From NCBI RefSeq assembly GCF_004010195.1, contig NC_057749.1:20331182-20395181 (forward strand): a stretch of DNA of 64,000 nucleotides. Direction: 5' to 3'. Both the position numbers and the translations under genes were made by a program. This stretch comes from Chiloscyllium plagiosum (lineage: Eukaryota). The notes beneath the pieces were generated by a model. The model was not told where the DNA came from, searched no databases, and was given only the letters and a program-made list of their open reading frames with translations. This document shows, piece after piece, positions 26,640 through 39,419 of the stretch (position 1 is its first letter; every line of letters starts with the position of its first letter).

Positions 26640-27780
26640 CCTAGACCACAGGAATGGGAGTAAGCCATTCAGCCCATCGAGCCTGCCCTGCTATCCAATA
26701 CGATCTAGGCTGAGCGAACAGCTAATTTCCTATTACTCACCTCAACCCCATAAATCTGCCTACAATTGATAATCAGCAATCTGTCAATCTCTACCTTAAA
26801 TATACTCAAAAGCCCAAGCTGCTTCAGCCTTCTCGGATTGGGAATTCTAAAAATTCACAAGTCTCTGAGTAAATATCTTTGACCCTCATCTTTGACCCAA
26901 ATGGCGCACCCCTTTTTTTAAGTTGTGCCCTTGTTCTTGATTCTCCAACCAATGTGCTGGATACAGTAAAGGCTGTGTGCCCTGACCACAGCCCAATTAT
27001 AGTATTGAAATCTTTGCTCCAGAACTAGCCACACGTCTAACCAAATAGGTCCAGTCAAATGACAATGTTGATATCTACCCTACAATACAGAGAATTGTCC
27101 AAGTATGTCCTATCTAAAGAAAGGTAAATGAAATCTAATCCAGCCAATTACCACTTCATCAGTTTGACTTGTGCCTTATAAATGGTGGATGGTCTTTGGT
27201 CACATTGAGTTACACAGTGCAGATGTGCTCTTGTAGCTATGATATTTTCTAATAGTTGCTCCAGTCAAGTTTCTGGTCAGTGAGAATCCCAAAGAGTGTA
27301 ATGTAGCACTTTCCATTTGCATGAATGAGTGCAGCTCCGACAGCACTCAAACGTGACGCTGTCCAGAACAAAGCAGCCCATCCATTGCCTTTAAATGTTG
27401 ATTCCCTTTGCCAGTGATGCACAGTAACAGCATTGTGTACCGTCTATAGCATGATAGCAACTCATGAAGACCCTTTTGACAGCACCTTCCAATGCTGTGC
27501 CCACTTTATCCAGCAGGACAAGACAGCACATACATTGGGACACCAACATCTGTAAGTTCCCCTCCAAGTTACTCACCATTCTGACTTGGAAATATATCAC
27601 CATTCCTTCAGTGTTGCTCGGTCAAAATCCTGGAACAACTTCCCTTGTAGCACAAGGTGGTGACTGCATCAGATGGGTTCCAGTGGCTCAAGGCTCACCA
27701 CAACCTTCATGAAGGCAATAGTGCAGGGTTGGGCTTGTTGGGGTGTTGCTAAACCTGCCAGTGAGAGAGACATTCCATGA
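26640..27780. mobile_element. Old LINE fragments (CR1/L2-clade)
   Basis: CR1 3' end on the minus strand (~26640-26950) and a 3' segment (27300-27780) shared with 28270-28650 and ~61640-61835. Confidence 0.55.
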
Positions 27781-28269
27781 ATTTGTATTTTCCAAGGGTA
27801 TAAGTGAGCCAGTTACTGTGCCTTGAGAGAAACAGCTTCATGGTCGCAGTTACTGGCACAAGTTTGTTATTTCTATGTTATTAAAATTGAACTCTCATCA
27901 TCAGACTGTTCTGATGGATTAGACCATATTCTTTTAATTATTAGTCCAGACTTTTGTTTTACTAATAGTTATAATACCACTGTAACCACTATACTTTGCC
28001 ACTCAAGATCTTGAGGAACCCTTTGTTGTTTGTAACTGAAAATCCACAAGACGTGAATTAGTTTCAATGGTTACTGACTGTGAGGATCTGGAAATGATGC
28101 CAACCTCTGGATTGTACCTTTGTCTGTGGCCAATCTCTTTACTACAACTTGTTAGAGGTCTTGCAAAGATTTGCAAATCAATGATTTAACTTGCACATTG
28201 AATTACGGTGTATAGTTTTCAATGTATAAACTAAAGTTTTGCAACGTACAACATTGAAACAGACTATTC

Positions 28270-28650
28270 AGCTCAGTAGTGTGTACTATCTACAAGATGC
28301 ATTGCAGGAATTCACCAAAGATCCTCAGACAGCATCTTCCAAACCCACAACCACTTCCATTTAGGAGGACAAGGGCAGCCGATACATGGCAACGCCACCA
28401 CCACAAGCTCCTGTGCAAGCCACTCACCATCCTGACTTGGAAACATATTGCCATTCCTTCACTGTCCCTGGGTCAAAATCCTGGAATTCTCTCCCTAAAT
28501 GGGATTGAGAGTCAACCCATAGTAGGTGGACTGCAGCGGTTCAAGAAGGCAGCTCACCATCACCTTCTCAAGGGGCAACTAGGGCCACGCAATAAATGCT
28601 GGGCCCAGCCAGTAACACCCACATCCCACCAATGAATAAAGAAAAATAAA
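28270..28650 (+). mobile_element. LINE 3' end fragment
   Basis: CTCACCATCCTGACTTGGAAA...GGTCAAAATCCTGGAA shared with ~27570-27635; ends in an A-rich tail. Confidence 0.65.
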
Positions 28651-29016
28651 CTGATCAATGTCACTGTTTTTGCTTCACGCATGCCCCTTCCACCCAACTT
28701 TATCTAACCGTATCGTCATAACCTTATCCATCATTCAGCCGTGTAGCTTCCCCTTGATTTGGATATCAAATATACATTTACCCTTGATAGTTTATTTGTT
28801 TGATCAAGTGTAATTTTGAATGCATGGACTAGATCAGTTGTATAATTATATGTTTTGATTTGGGGGAGTGTTAAGGAAGTGTGGGTATTCAGTGTGTGAC
28901 TGTATGCCTCAATGGAAGATTATTTTCTTTTGTGAGTCATTTGCAAGCAGCACTCCTGCAAGTTTCATTAATAGCATTGTTTTTATTTCTCCCCTTTTGT
29001 CTTCCACCACCTCTAG

Positions 29017-29071
29017 GTGTTGCTGTTTCTTCAAGAGGAAAAGGAAGAAGAATGCAGATAGGCACAAATGA
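29017..29071 (+). CDS. CSNK1G1: Terminal coding exon of CK1-gamma1 (CCCFFKRKRKKNADRHK*)
   Basis: Pyrimidine tract plus TAG acceptor ending 29016; encodes the CK1-gamma palmitoylation/polybasic tail CCCFFKRKRKK; TGA at 29069-29071. Confidence 0.95.
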
Positions 29072-29844
29072 CTGCAGCTTTCGAGGGGCGGCGAGGTTCT
29101 GCTTGCATGTTCAACTCCCTTTGTTTTGGATGAAAATGCCACGTGACTGGTTGAGAAGCTTCAGACTCTGATCCTTGTTTTGTATGATTATTATTTTTTT
29201 GCCTGTGCCTGCGTGTTCTCCGCTGGGAAAGGATCCTCTTATTTTCCTTCAAAACACTCAGGCTCAATTGCACTTCTTACCATGATGACCAAATTCCCAC
29301 AAGAGAAATGGCCAGACAGACGCAGATGCAGAAGTCCTCAGGCTTTTCACTTTTCCTGGCTGCGGTTTAGGGCGGACGGGGGTGTGGGAGAAGTGTGGTT
29401 TGGAGGAGGTGGGGATGGGGTGGGGGGAGGGGGTAAGGTGGTGAGGAAACTGGGTGATCGGCACCTCTTCCACACCACCACAAATCGAGATGAACAGTGT
29501 GGTGAAACACTCGCTCTGGGTACAAATAGACTCTTCAGTGCCGAGCTGCCCACCCAGAGGAACGAGGAGTAAGCCAAACTGACATGGGCAGATACAGGTG
29601 CACTTGTCGCAAAAAAAAAACAAAGTGGTTGTTCTATTTTGTGATGTAGCATATAAGCTGTGAGAAATTTTAAAATCTACTGTTTTTCCCTTCCTCCACT
29701 TCCCTCTTCCCCTTCACTGTTCAAACTTTTCTTGACCTTGTTTGCAACTTTTGGGCTTTGGCCGTTGTAAGCCGGCTGAAGTAATTTTTACGAAAAGAGA
29801 TGGGCTCTTTTGCTTTCTTAAGGTGCACTTAATGTTGGGGTGGG

Positions 29845-29881
29845 TGCGCGCGTGTGTGTGAATGTGCGTGTGTGTGTGTGT
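29845..29881. repeat. (GT/GC)n microsatellite
   Basis: GTGCGCGCGTGTGTGTG...GTGTGTGT. Confidence 0.8.
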
Positions 29882-32800
29882 CTATGTTGCTGACATCCAG
29901 ATTCGATCAAATGCAGTGTGAATTGTGAACACACACTGGCTGCTGCAGTAATTTCCAAGCCAGTACTGCCACTTTTAAACATGTTTTTTTTAGTTGAAAT
30001 GTTTGATGGTTATTATCCAAAGAGCACTGTTTCTGTGGAAACATTACAAAGTGAAAACAGCATTAATTTCCTTCCTGTCCTCCTCCTCCTCCTCCTCGCC
30101 TTTCTCTCTCTGTCTCTCCCCTCCCCTAAGAGTTGGCACGTAGGATGCCTACAAATGTCACTGACATCTGATCTAAGGGCGACTGCATAGCAGTTGCCAA
30201 AGTGAATAGACAGCATATTTATGTACGCTTTGGGCAATTTTCACAGGGCACAAAGGAAGATAGTTAGGAGCACTGCATGTGGTGATGTCATCCTCGAGGA
30301 CAGACTCTTCTGACTCTGGCCAGGTGGCCTGGAGCTTTTTCCTGACCTGTCTCCCTTGTTGTGGTTGTAGGATTTGCTCATCTTCATAGGGTCCGAATGA
30401 GTGGCATTCTTTTCATAACATGCAAGCAGCAACTTGAAAAGGATTGAATGCATTGGGATTGTAGGAAATGCTCCCAGTGTTTTGACCGAATGGGTGGGAG
30501 AGCTGCGAGGTGCAGGGTTGTGTGGTTGGGGTTTGTTTGGTCAGCATGAAGGGTGGGTGGGGTTTACAGAGGAATTCCCCTCTGTGACATATTCAGAAAT
30601 TGGATCCTTAAGCAACTCCTAACCTGCTGGCCAGTGACTGCGGAGATTCCTGCTTGAGGTAGCTGTATCCTCAGGAAGCTGCAAAGTGCCTGTGGCTTTA
30701 CTTACCCTCCTCATGCTGCGGCTGAAACCCAAAGGCTGGGCACCGGAGATGAGTTCATGGAGATTAACCATTTTGCCCGAAGTGATTCCCCAGTTCTCCC
30801 GTGGGTTAGATAGCTGGGTTGAGGCAAATTGAGCAATGGAGATGTTAGCACTGCATCCCAGCTACATGTCTGGACACAACACCAGAGGGTCTGAGTATGG
30901 TTAAATGACCAGAATTAACTAACCGTACCATAACTAATGCCCCAAGTACAGTTCAGTTAAGTTTCTATAGCAATGCGAACTGAACCAAAGTACTTCCGAA
31001 TGCGGTGAATCTCATCCACGTCTGGATCATCCTACTCAAATCATTTGACATCATTGAGCCCTGGTTTTTACCTCTGAAATCTATGGATTGAAGTGATGCA
31101 ATGTTACTCTGGACATTCCTGCTCACATATTCCAAATGATCCTGAAGAGGTGTCTGTAGGAGAGTCCTTCCTTGGGCGTTTGCATGTGTCTTAAAGGTTC
31201 ATTATCTGCAGTTATCTTAGTTCGCAACAGGCTCTGTACCAGGTACATGAAAGATTTTACTTGGGGCAATCAGTAACTTCAGTGACAAGAAAATTCTCCT
31301 GAACATCCAGTAGACTGTTAATTGGCTGCTGATCATTGTAACCAGCAAACCACTATTAGTCAAACACTATAGCAAGTCAAATGTCCCAGTGCATTGAAAG
31401 GCTGGTGTTGACCATCTGTTGCTGCCACATGCACTCCTGAGTCTATCTAGGAGTTTCGATATGGGAAGATGGAAACGGAGGAAACCGGCTCAGGCTATGT
31501 GGGAGGAAGCAATCTTCTCTTTCAAGAGTTGTGCAAGCTGTTTGAATCTCCTTTTGTGGTCTCATCATGCAAAATGTTAACATTGTTATCTGTTCAATAT
31601 TCTGCTCTTTTTAACACTGAAACAAGCGGCTGGTTTTTAGTTACCAGGTTGTGCAGCAACACTTTTAATTGATTGTCAAAAAAATAATTATTTTAAATTG
31701 GCACCTTTCCTGCGGGGGTGCAGAGAGGTGGGGAAATGCAACTTCTCGAAGGCTGTAGTCCCAGTTCTTTGAACTAGACATTGTTCCTTAAAGTGCGGAA
31801 TTTCTCAGGCCAGTAACTTAATGCATTTCGAGAGATATTTCAAAGGAGGTATGGAGGCTCCAGGACCAGAGGAGCTGTTAGCAGGCAGTGGATTGCACTG
31901 GTTAAACTGTCTGTGTAGACAGTTCCGATTTGACTTAACTAGTCCTTTATCCAGGTATCCTCTTGCTGCTGTCAGGTTAACTTGTTAGTGTGGATAACTC
32001 CAGATGATCTGTTTACTCAAAGTACAATCTACTCGTTTCAAAATTGTGTAACTTGAATTATGTTGATGAGAATTGTACATGAATGCACTTGCCTCTTGTG
32101 CAATTTTATTTGACTTGCTTAATTCAAACCATCGGTTAATTGAGACTTTCTTTCCAAGCAAAGTACAAACTTGAATGACCAGAAGTAGACAGTATTTGGA
32201 GTGTTCTGGCACATACCTCACACTTGTGTTGATTCTCGTCATATTTAACCATTCTGTGCTGTAACTTTCAAAGGGCTTAAGGTATTCTGTGGAAGAAGCT
32301 GACGGAGCAGCAGAGAGAGGGGGGAAAACGACTTATTTGGGGAGTCGAGAAAGACACCACCTCAGCAGCAACAGCCAAAAAAAAGCATTAAGACTGACGC
32401 ATTGCATTGCTCAGGTTGCAATGAAGGGAAATTGGCTTGGGAAGCACTCTCCAGTGCTTGAATCTAAATTGATCATAGCCCCTTGTGTGTCTCTGCCAAC
32501 TGTGGGCATCAGGGACCAAATAAGGCTTTGTTGACCGTGCTGAGAGCCCTGGAGAATGGCTCAAATTTGTTGGTGCAGTGCTGGTAAACTTAGAGGACGT
32601 GATGCTCCTTCACCTCCTTTGCAACCCAGTCAGACAAGATCTATTTTCCAGGAGGCAGCTCTGTAAGAATTGAAGAAATGAAACAATGATTGTACATTTC
32701 ATTAGCTGCAATTGATCTTCCACTTTATTTTGTTATTTCAGAATACTCCTTATAGCCTTAAGAATTTTAATTTAAAATACATTTTGTGGAAAATCATAAT

Positions 32801-33775
32801 TTGTTTGTATTTTTCCCAGATGCTTTGAAATGCTCCTATAAGGCCCTTCTGTTGTTCCTTTATTAAAAGGTACAAAGAAGCTAAACATCTACAGTGTTTG
32901 GAAAACAGACTTGGGAAGGAGTTGTAATGTCTCCTGATGAGCTGCTGCAAGTAAACATTGTTACACATTCTGACAGGCAGAGCAACTCATCAAATACCAT
33001 TCCAAAATATAGATTAGTATCACATTCCAGTCATGAAACATGTTATGAAACTGCCCATACAAAAAAAACAAGCACTGGGAATTACCTCTAAAGGAACAGG
33101 GGAGCTCAGCTCTTGTGAACAACTTTTGGTGTCTGTCTTGGATGCTCTTTCTGTCTTAAGTGTTATGTTTTCTGTTTGGGTTGACCTTTCCTCATTGACC
33201 CTGTTGGGAGAGGCTGGGAACTACCTGAGGTAAAACGTAGAGTTTTTTTTTTAAGAAAGAGGGTTACGTAGCTGTTGACTGGTGAAGTACAAACCCATTA
33301 TAGATTCCTTAATAGCTGGTTGTTTGGAACTTTGATCACTGCTGTCAGAACTCATACTTGAACATGATGATTTAGCGATACAGTGGAGCCTATAATATCC
33401 AGTCACTTCAGGAAGAAGCCTGCCCCGAATCTCCTTACAATGCAGCTTTCAGGTGTAATAATATTTGAATGAGACAACATTGCAGATTTGTCTGATTCTT
33501 CCTCCCTCTCTCAGTGGCTGTTTTGTCAGGACCAGCTTCCACTAAGTACTGTCCTAACTTTTTCTAACGGGACCTAAACCAGTGGGTTTGGCCTGGTTGC
33601 TTAGGCAGGAAGGCTTCTATTTAATCAAAGTGACTGGAGGATTAGGTTTCACTATCAATGAGACTTCCTTTTGTTCGTTTTGCTCCGACCTTGAGCGTGT
33701 GAGTAAAAGCTGTGTTTTTACTCTTTGTGGTCTTGTAAATATAGCACACGTTCGCTTACTGAGCATGAGTTTCTT

Positions 33776-33781
33776 AATAAA
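33776..33781 (+). promoter_or_regulatory. Candidate polyadenylation signal of CSNK1G1-like
   Basis: AATAAA followed by a GT/T-rich stretch (33831-33880), near the end of the repeat-free zone. Confidence 0.5.
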
Positions 33782-35781
33782 ATTCTCAAAATTCTAGACT
33801 ATAATAATTACAAAAAAAAAACAACCAAGTTTTGGTTTGTTTTCTTGTTTTACAACTGTTGCTGTTTGTGCTGCTTGTTCTGTATCCACAGGGGAGGGTT
33901 CTCACGAGTTGGCCACAGTTTTGTTTTTGTATAAAATACAACTGTGGAAATCATTTTTTTTAAAAAAAAAAGAATGGTTAAACATGTCTGTCCTTTTTCT
34001 TGGTAAAGTAACCTTTTGTTCCTATTTTCTTTTAAAAATTGAGAATTAAATAGTTTTCTATGTGCACTCCTGGCACCAGCCTGAGCTTACATGCTGTCAA
34101 CATTCGAACATTATGGTAAGAGATGGGGAAGTTTCTCTTTCTGAATTAACCATACGAGTAGGTTGCAAACCTTTGTGGTCAATCCCATTATAGCACACTC
34201 TGGGGAAACTCTTGTCAAGTTTACCACCCATTTGATTTTTCTCTTGTTTCCTTTTAAACGACCTTTTGATGGTTTGATGATTCAACCCTGAATTCTGCAG
34301 TGACTTGTTTCCCTTTCTAAACGTTGTTTCAGCACTCCAATCCAGATGTAGACCAATCTTCGACAGATAGTTTTGCCTCTTGTCAAGCTAAGATGAATGG
34401 GTCTGTCCCGTGTCCAGCCATTTGGACACCACTTCACCTGATCAGCCTTCCACCTCAAGGCCTCTCATTTCCAAGCAGTTATTAGTAATCAAGCCACACA
34501 CAGCACAATGTTTTCACTTTGTCCCAAATCCCCTTCCCATGAGGAATCTGTTTCAGCAGTGTATCTGATTGAGATACAGTTGAACTGCTGATGTGTAACA
34601 TTGGTTGGGCAGGGGAGAGAAGAAAGAGTAAAATTATTTTGTTTTAAAGTGAGTGTGATTGACCATTACTTTTTAAAATATATTTTGTGCTCATTAAGTT
34701 GCAGAGTGCCAGCACTGGGGAATAACGGAACACTACACCTCCCCCCAACATGTTTTCACCCTAGTAGTAGGTCTGGGTCTCTTCAGTTGGGTACCACATG
34801 GGGCTGTTAAAAGCTCTGTAGGCCACTTGCCCGAGATGCACCTTAACCCCAATCTCAGAAAGTCCTTGCTGAGTGTAGGTTTCCTGCCATTAACTGCTCC
34901 TGCTGGGCCTTCAATCTCAGCCGAGCCTTTCAGGCTATTGGTCCGGGCTGGATTTGAACCCCAAGCTTGAAGGGGTGGAAGGGCAGCTCCACTGGCCTTC
35001 ACTGTAAAACAAAAATGAGTTGATCTGGTGTCTCCCCATTCTCAATTGTCCCACTTTTTTGGATATCAGCTTGGAAAGAGTGTTTGACTGCAGATAGATT
35101 GGACAGCACTCCGTAGCCGTACCCAACGTCATGGCAACAGATGCTGATCAAGTTAGGGTTCAATCAAAACTTAACCATTTGGTGATAAGAGGACAATTAT
35201 TGTCATTAAAAGTATTAGTAATCCGCCTCCCATTAAAAGTCTCATCCTTAAGCTATCACCAAACTACAGTAAAACCTAACCAAGTTGACTGCTTTGGCAT
35301 GCTGGTCAGAATGATGCAGTCAGGCTCATACAGGATCTCAGCATCAGGCACATTTACACTTTACTCTTGGCACTACAGTTGACCCTAAGTAAATTTGGGA
35401 GGGCGCAAGTTAATTTAAATTAGAGCTCTATTATCATCTGGGTATAAGCACAATTTAATTCAGGCACTACTTGCTACTGAAAACTTACTTGTTATGTTTG
35501 AGAATCTTAACATAAATGTGCCTGTCAACCTCCTGCGACTGGTCCGTATTGTGCAAAGGTTTGGCAAGGGAGTATCATAAACTGGAAAGCTAAACTTCTG
35601 AAGTTCAGTCTTCACAATGAGCTGTAATATCACCTTAGCCCGGTGATAGCTGGTCCTATAATTGCTACCAAGATTCAACAAGGGAGGAGCTTTAAGAACA
35701 TTGATCATTGTCTCCATCCTTCAACAACTTTTTGGTCAGTGGGTCAAATTAATCTATCTTGAAACTGAGGCGTAAGGGGTT

Positions 35782-35800
35782 GGGGGGGGGGGGGGGGGGG
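35782..35800. repeat. Poly-G run (19 nt)
   Basis: Homopolymer seen directly. Confidence 0.9.
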
Positions 35801-37254
35801 TATAGAAGGTGAGCCTTGAAGCGCTTGAGGTTGCTGTTAGCTGAATTACAAAGGTTGCACAATTGGGCTCAACTACAGGAATGCAAAGTGCACTCTGACA
35901 GGTGGAGTTACCATTCATAGGGGGTGATGGCTGGTTATTGTACAAGAATGTTGCAATTACAGAGACTGGGTTAGGAATCATAGGTCATATGCTGTGAACC
36001 ATACACATTTCTGTGTGTAAATAGATTGATTCTGAATTTTTTAATTTAACTGATATTGTTTACCTGTTTTATTTGTGTCCAAGTTGTTTTTAGGTGGTGG
36101 GCAAAGGGAAGAAAAACCTGAAATTAGTAACAGGATGGAAGTTTCTAAATCCCCTATAGGTTAGGAATCAGTGTCTAGCATAACGGGAGGGTTTGCTGGT
36201 TATACAGCATGCTCATCCTTACTTGCAACTAAGGGAGAATTTAAGGTGCAATTTCAAAATGAAAATACCTGCATGTCCAAACAAAGGCTTCAAAGGAATC
36301 TTTCTTACCCATAAATTATCATCACCCACTGATCCACTATCCCAGAATATCACTACACCTGAGGGATACATTGCTCAAATGTGAGATTTGATTGGAGGGC
36401 AGAAGTAGGGATACCTACTGCAGTGAAGCCAGGCCCTTCACTTTCCCTTCCAACTTGTAACTGCAAAGGAATATTCAAAGCCCTTGAGGCATTCTTCCAC
36501 TTATAATAATCCCAGGGTTGTAAGTGGATAGCATTACACCATAATTCATATAGTGTTGAGTGTAGGTACCTGTACCCATGCCTTTGCCAGCCTTTATTTT
36601 AATGCTACAGCTCTTAAAGTGCCCCCCTTGGAGCAAGCATTTTGAGGAGCATTCCATCTGGTGGCCTGTTACTGTTGCAGTCCAACACACCATGCCACGT
36701 CAGAACAGTTTGAGCACTTCTCCGAAGTTTTCAAAAGCCACACCATGGTCATGGAGCTACGGTGGTGAAATAAAATATATTTCTCTTCATAGCATTCACG
36801 CATTGTGTTAATAAAACCCACTTAGATTCTTCAATTCTGTGGGACTTGGGTAAGAAGCTCAACATGAAGTTGCCAGTATTAATTACAGGAGTCTTTGGAA
36901 AGCTGGCTGTGGAGATATGATGCGGAGCCTTTGTTTTGCAGGGAAAGGAGCTGGTGACATGTCTGGAAGAATCAGGACTTTGCAGGTAGAATCCCATTGC
37001 TCCTTGTGTCCCAAGGAGTGGGACACGTGGGGAAAAATAGACAGCAGCCTCCTCAACTCCACTTTTTCTCCCATTCTCACTCCAAATTCAACTCTCAAAA
37101 GTTGATCCGTTATCTCGAGTGCTGAGTGAAGTGTGACATTTAAGAATCTTCAACTCAATACTGTTTTTGCATCTGCAATGCTTGCTAGAAGTTGGAGGGT
37201 GCACCTATGTAGAACTTCCAGTATTACGGAGCTGTGGATGAAACAATTCAACAT

Positions 37255-37460
37255 AACACAGAAAAGGCTGGAAATATTGAGCAGTACAGGAAGCGTCTAT
37301 GGAAAGAGAGACAGACAGACATCCAGAGCAAATGTTTTGGTGGATGGAAGATTGAATGTTAATTCATAGTTCTTTTTCCATGGAAGCTGCCTGACCTGCT
37401 GAATGTTTCTGTTTTTATTTCTATTTCTTATTTTTCCAGCATCTACAATATTTTGCTTTT
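37255..37460. mobile_element. Old palindromic mini-element (family C-like)
   Basis: Diverged inverted arms ending in GCTGCCTGACCTGCTG...TTCCAGCATCT, as in the other copies. Confidence 0.5.
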
Positions 37461-38929
37461 GTGACAATTCTGCCTGATGACATTTGGTGCTGCATTTCTG
37501 CACGTGGCTTCTTGTTCAGCGTTGTCAGCAATCCTTTCCCCCCCCCCCCAAAAAAAAAAGTAAAGATCTGGTGTGGATCCATAGCCTGTTTAGAGAGTCT
37601 CTGGGTTGGCGTTTTGCAAAAGGACACATTTGTTGATTAGTCTCCTATTGCATCTAGCTCTAGATTTGTATTTGTGATGGAGATGTTTGTTTGGCTGGGA
37701 TTCACATACAGGAGTTTATGTTCTACAGCTGATAGAAAATCATTTTCTCTGATCTTAATTTATAATGGTCAATTGACACTGTCTTTGTTTGGTACTGTGA
37801 CATAAAGTGAGGGCCAGGGCTCAACTGGGCCCAGCTTTGCCAGCCCAAAATCCTTGTATTTGTTTTTTTTTCCCCCTTTTAATCAGTTTGGGTAGGGTCT
37901 TCTGTTTGGAAGTAGAAACTGCAGGATTGCACAGTCTTATCATTGTACTGTAGAAATGTTGCATTGTAAAATTCCAATTAAAACTGACATTCTTTCTACA
38001 GCACCTTTTTATTTTGTGATGACGAACAGGGCTTGCACTTAACCTAATTAGCAAAAGTCTCCATCTGTATTTTGTCCTTGGTTAAGCTTTTAATCATTAT
38101 TTTCCATTAAATTGTTCTGTATTCCCAGAGGGTGGCTGAGCACATTACTCTGTTAATCAGGAACTGTGTTTTTCCCCCAAACCTATGCCGATACCACCTG
38201 CAGGCAGCTGCCAGAATCAGTGATGAAAGCTGTGGAACAGAATCGAGGGAGGGACTGAATGGCCTCTTCTGCTTGTTATGTTACTAAGTAGGTGGTGCTC
38301 TGGAATCTTTCAAAGAGTGCTATACCAGGATGCATTTTCATTCTTTTCTCTCTGTGGATTCCAATTCCCTTTCTCTCTCGCACTCTGCACACTGCATGAA
38401 AAGTAAAAGGCATGTGGTAGCCTTTTCAGCTGTTTGAGCAGCTCTTACACAGTTTATAAATCCAAAGTTGATAATATAATGAATTCAAGCTGCAGACTCC
38501 ACAGTGAAGCAGAAAGCTCCTTAATTTTCACTTTGAGCACTTCTGGTTCCATCTGCTGAGCTACGATTCTTGTGTATCTCACCCAACCTATAACATTCAT
38601 TTGGAGGAAATCGCAGGAACCCAGTTTCTAAAGTGCTTTACTTTCTATTAACCCCAAGTATAGTTATCTCCTTTAGCCCATAATATCCCACCACTAATGG
38701 CATCTCAAGGTTAATTTAGTCTAAAATTTTTTTTTCATTATTATAGAATGGGTTGTTTTCATTCTGTTTGTTCTGCCTTTCACCTTTGCTGGTGAAATGG
38801 TTGGAATATTGGAGTATAATTCTCTGCTTTCAGTTGCGTGAAAACACTCCTTAGTAAATGGTTAGCATTAGATCTCAGGTTAGTGCTTTATTATTATGGA
38901 CTGGTTCTAGCACTGATCTCCTAGGGGTC

Positions 38930-39090
38930 TTGCTCAGCAGGTCTGGCAGTATCTATGGAGAGAAAACTGAGTTAAGGTTTCAGGTGGAGTACTGTTTTTC
39001 CCTCCACAGATGCTGCCAGACTTGCTGCACTTTTACAGCAATTTCTGTTTTTGTTTCTGATTTACAGCATCCACAGTTATTTTGGGGTTT
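38930..39090. mobile_element. Old palindromic mini-element (family C)
   Basis: CAGCAGGTCTGGCAGTATCT...AGATGCTGCCAGACTTGCTG inverted arms. Confidence 0.6.
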
Positions 39091-39112
39091 TCTCCCAGTG
39101 GTCTTGTCTTTG

Positions 39113-39419
39113 GGGGTGGCATGGTGGCACAGTGGTTAGCACTGCTGCCTCACAGCCCCAGGGACTAGGGTTCGATTCCTGCCTCGGGTGATTGTGTGGA
39201 TTTGCACATTCTCCCTATGTTTGTGTGGGTTACCTCAGGGTGCTCCAGTTTTCTCCCATAATCTAAAGATGTGCAGGTCAGGTGAATTGGCCATGCTAAA
39301 TTGCCCGTAGTGATAAGTCAGGGGTAAATATAAGATAAGGGAATGGGCCTGGGAGTTACTCTTCGGAGGGTCGGTGTGGGCCAAAGGGTCTGTTTCCATA
39401 CTGTAGGGAATCTAATCTA
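39113..39419 (+). mobile_element. HE1/V-SINE-like tRNA-derived SINE
   Basis: A box TGGCACAGTGG, B box GGTTCGATTCC, V-domain-like TTTGCACATTCTCCC, LINE-like tail ending in ATCTAATCTA. Confidence 0.88.

Larger units (their letters stand above)
29072..33800 (+). other. Probable long 3' UTR of CSNK1G1-like
   Basis: About 5 kb after the stop with no recognisable LINE/SINE, unlike the flanking introns; U-rich tracts; TGTAAATA at 33734-33741; AATAAA at 33776-33781; 3' end uncertain. Confidence 0.6.

Noticed and set aside
28868..29071. 67-aa ORF as a standalone gene
   Set aside because: Only 29017-29071 is exonic; upstream is intron including the pyrimidine tract
39113..39190. tRNA genes at SINE heads
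   Set aside because: A/B boxes run directly into SINE bodies; no complete cloverleaf evident
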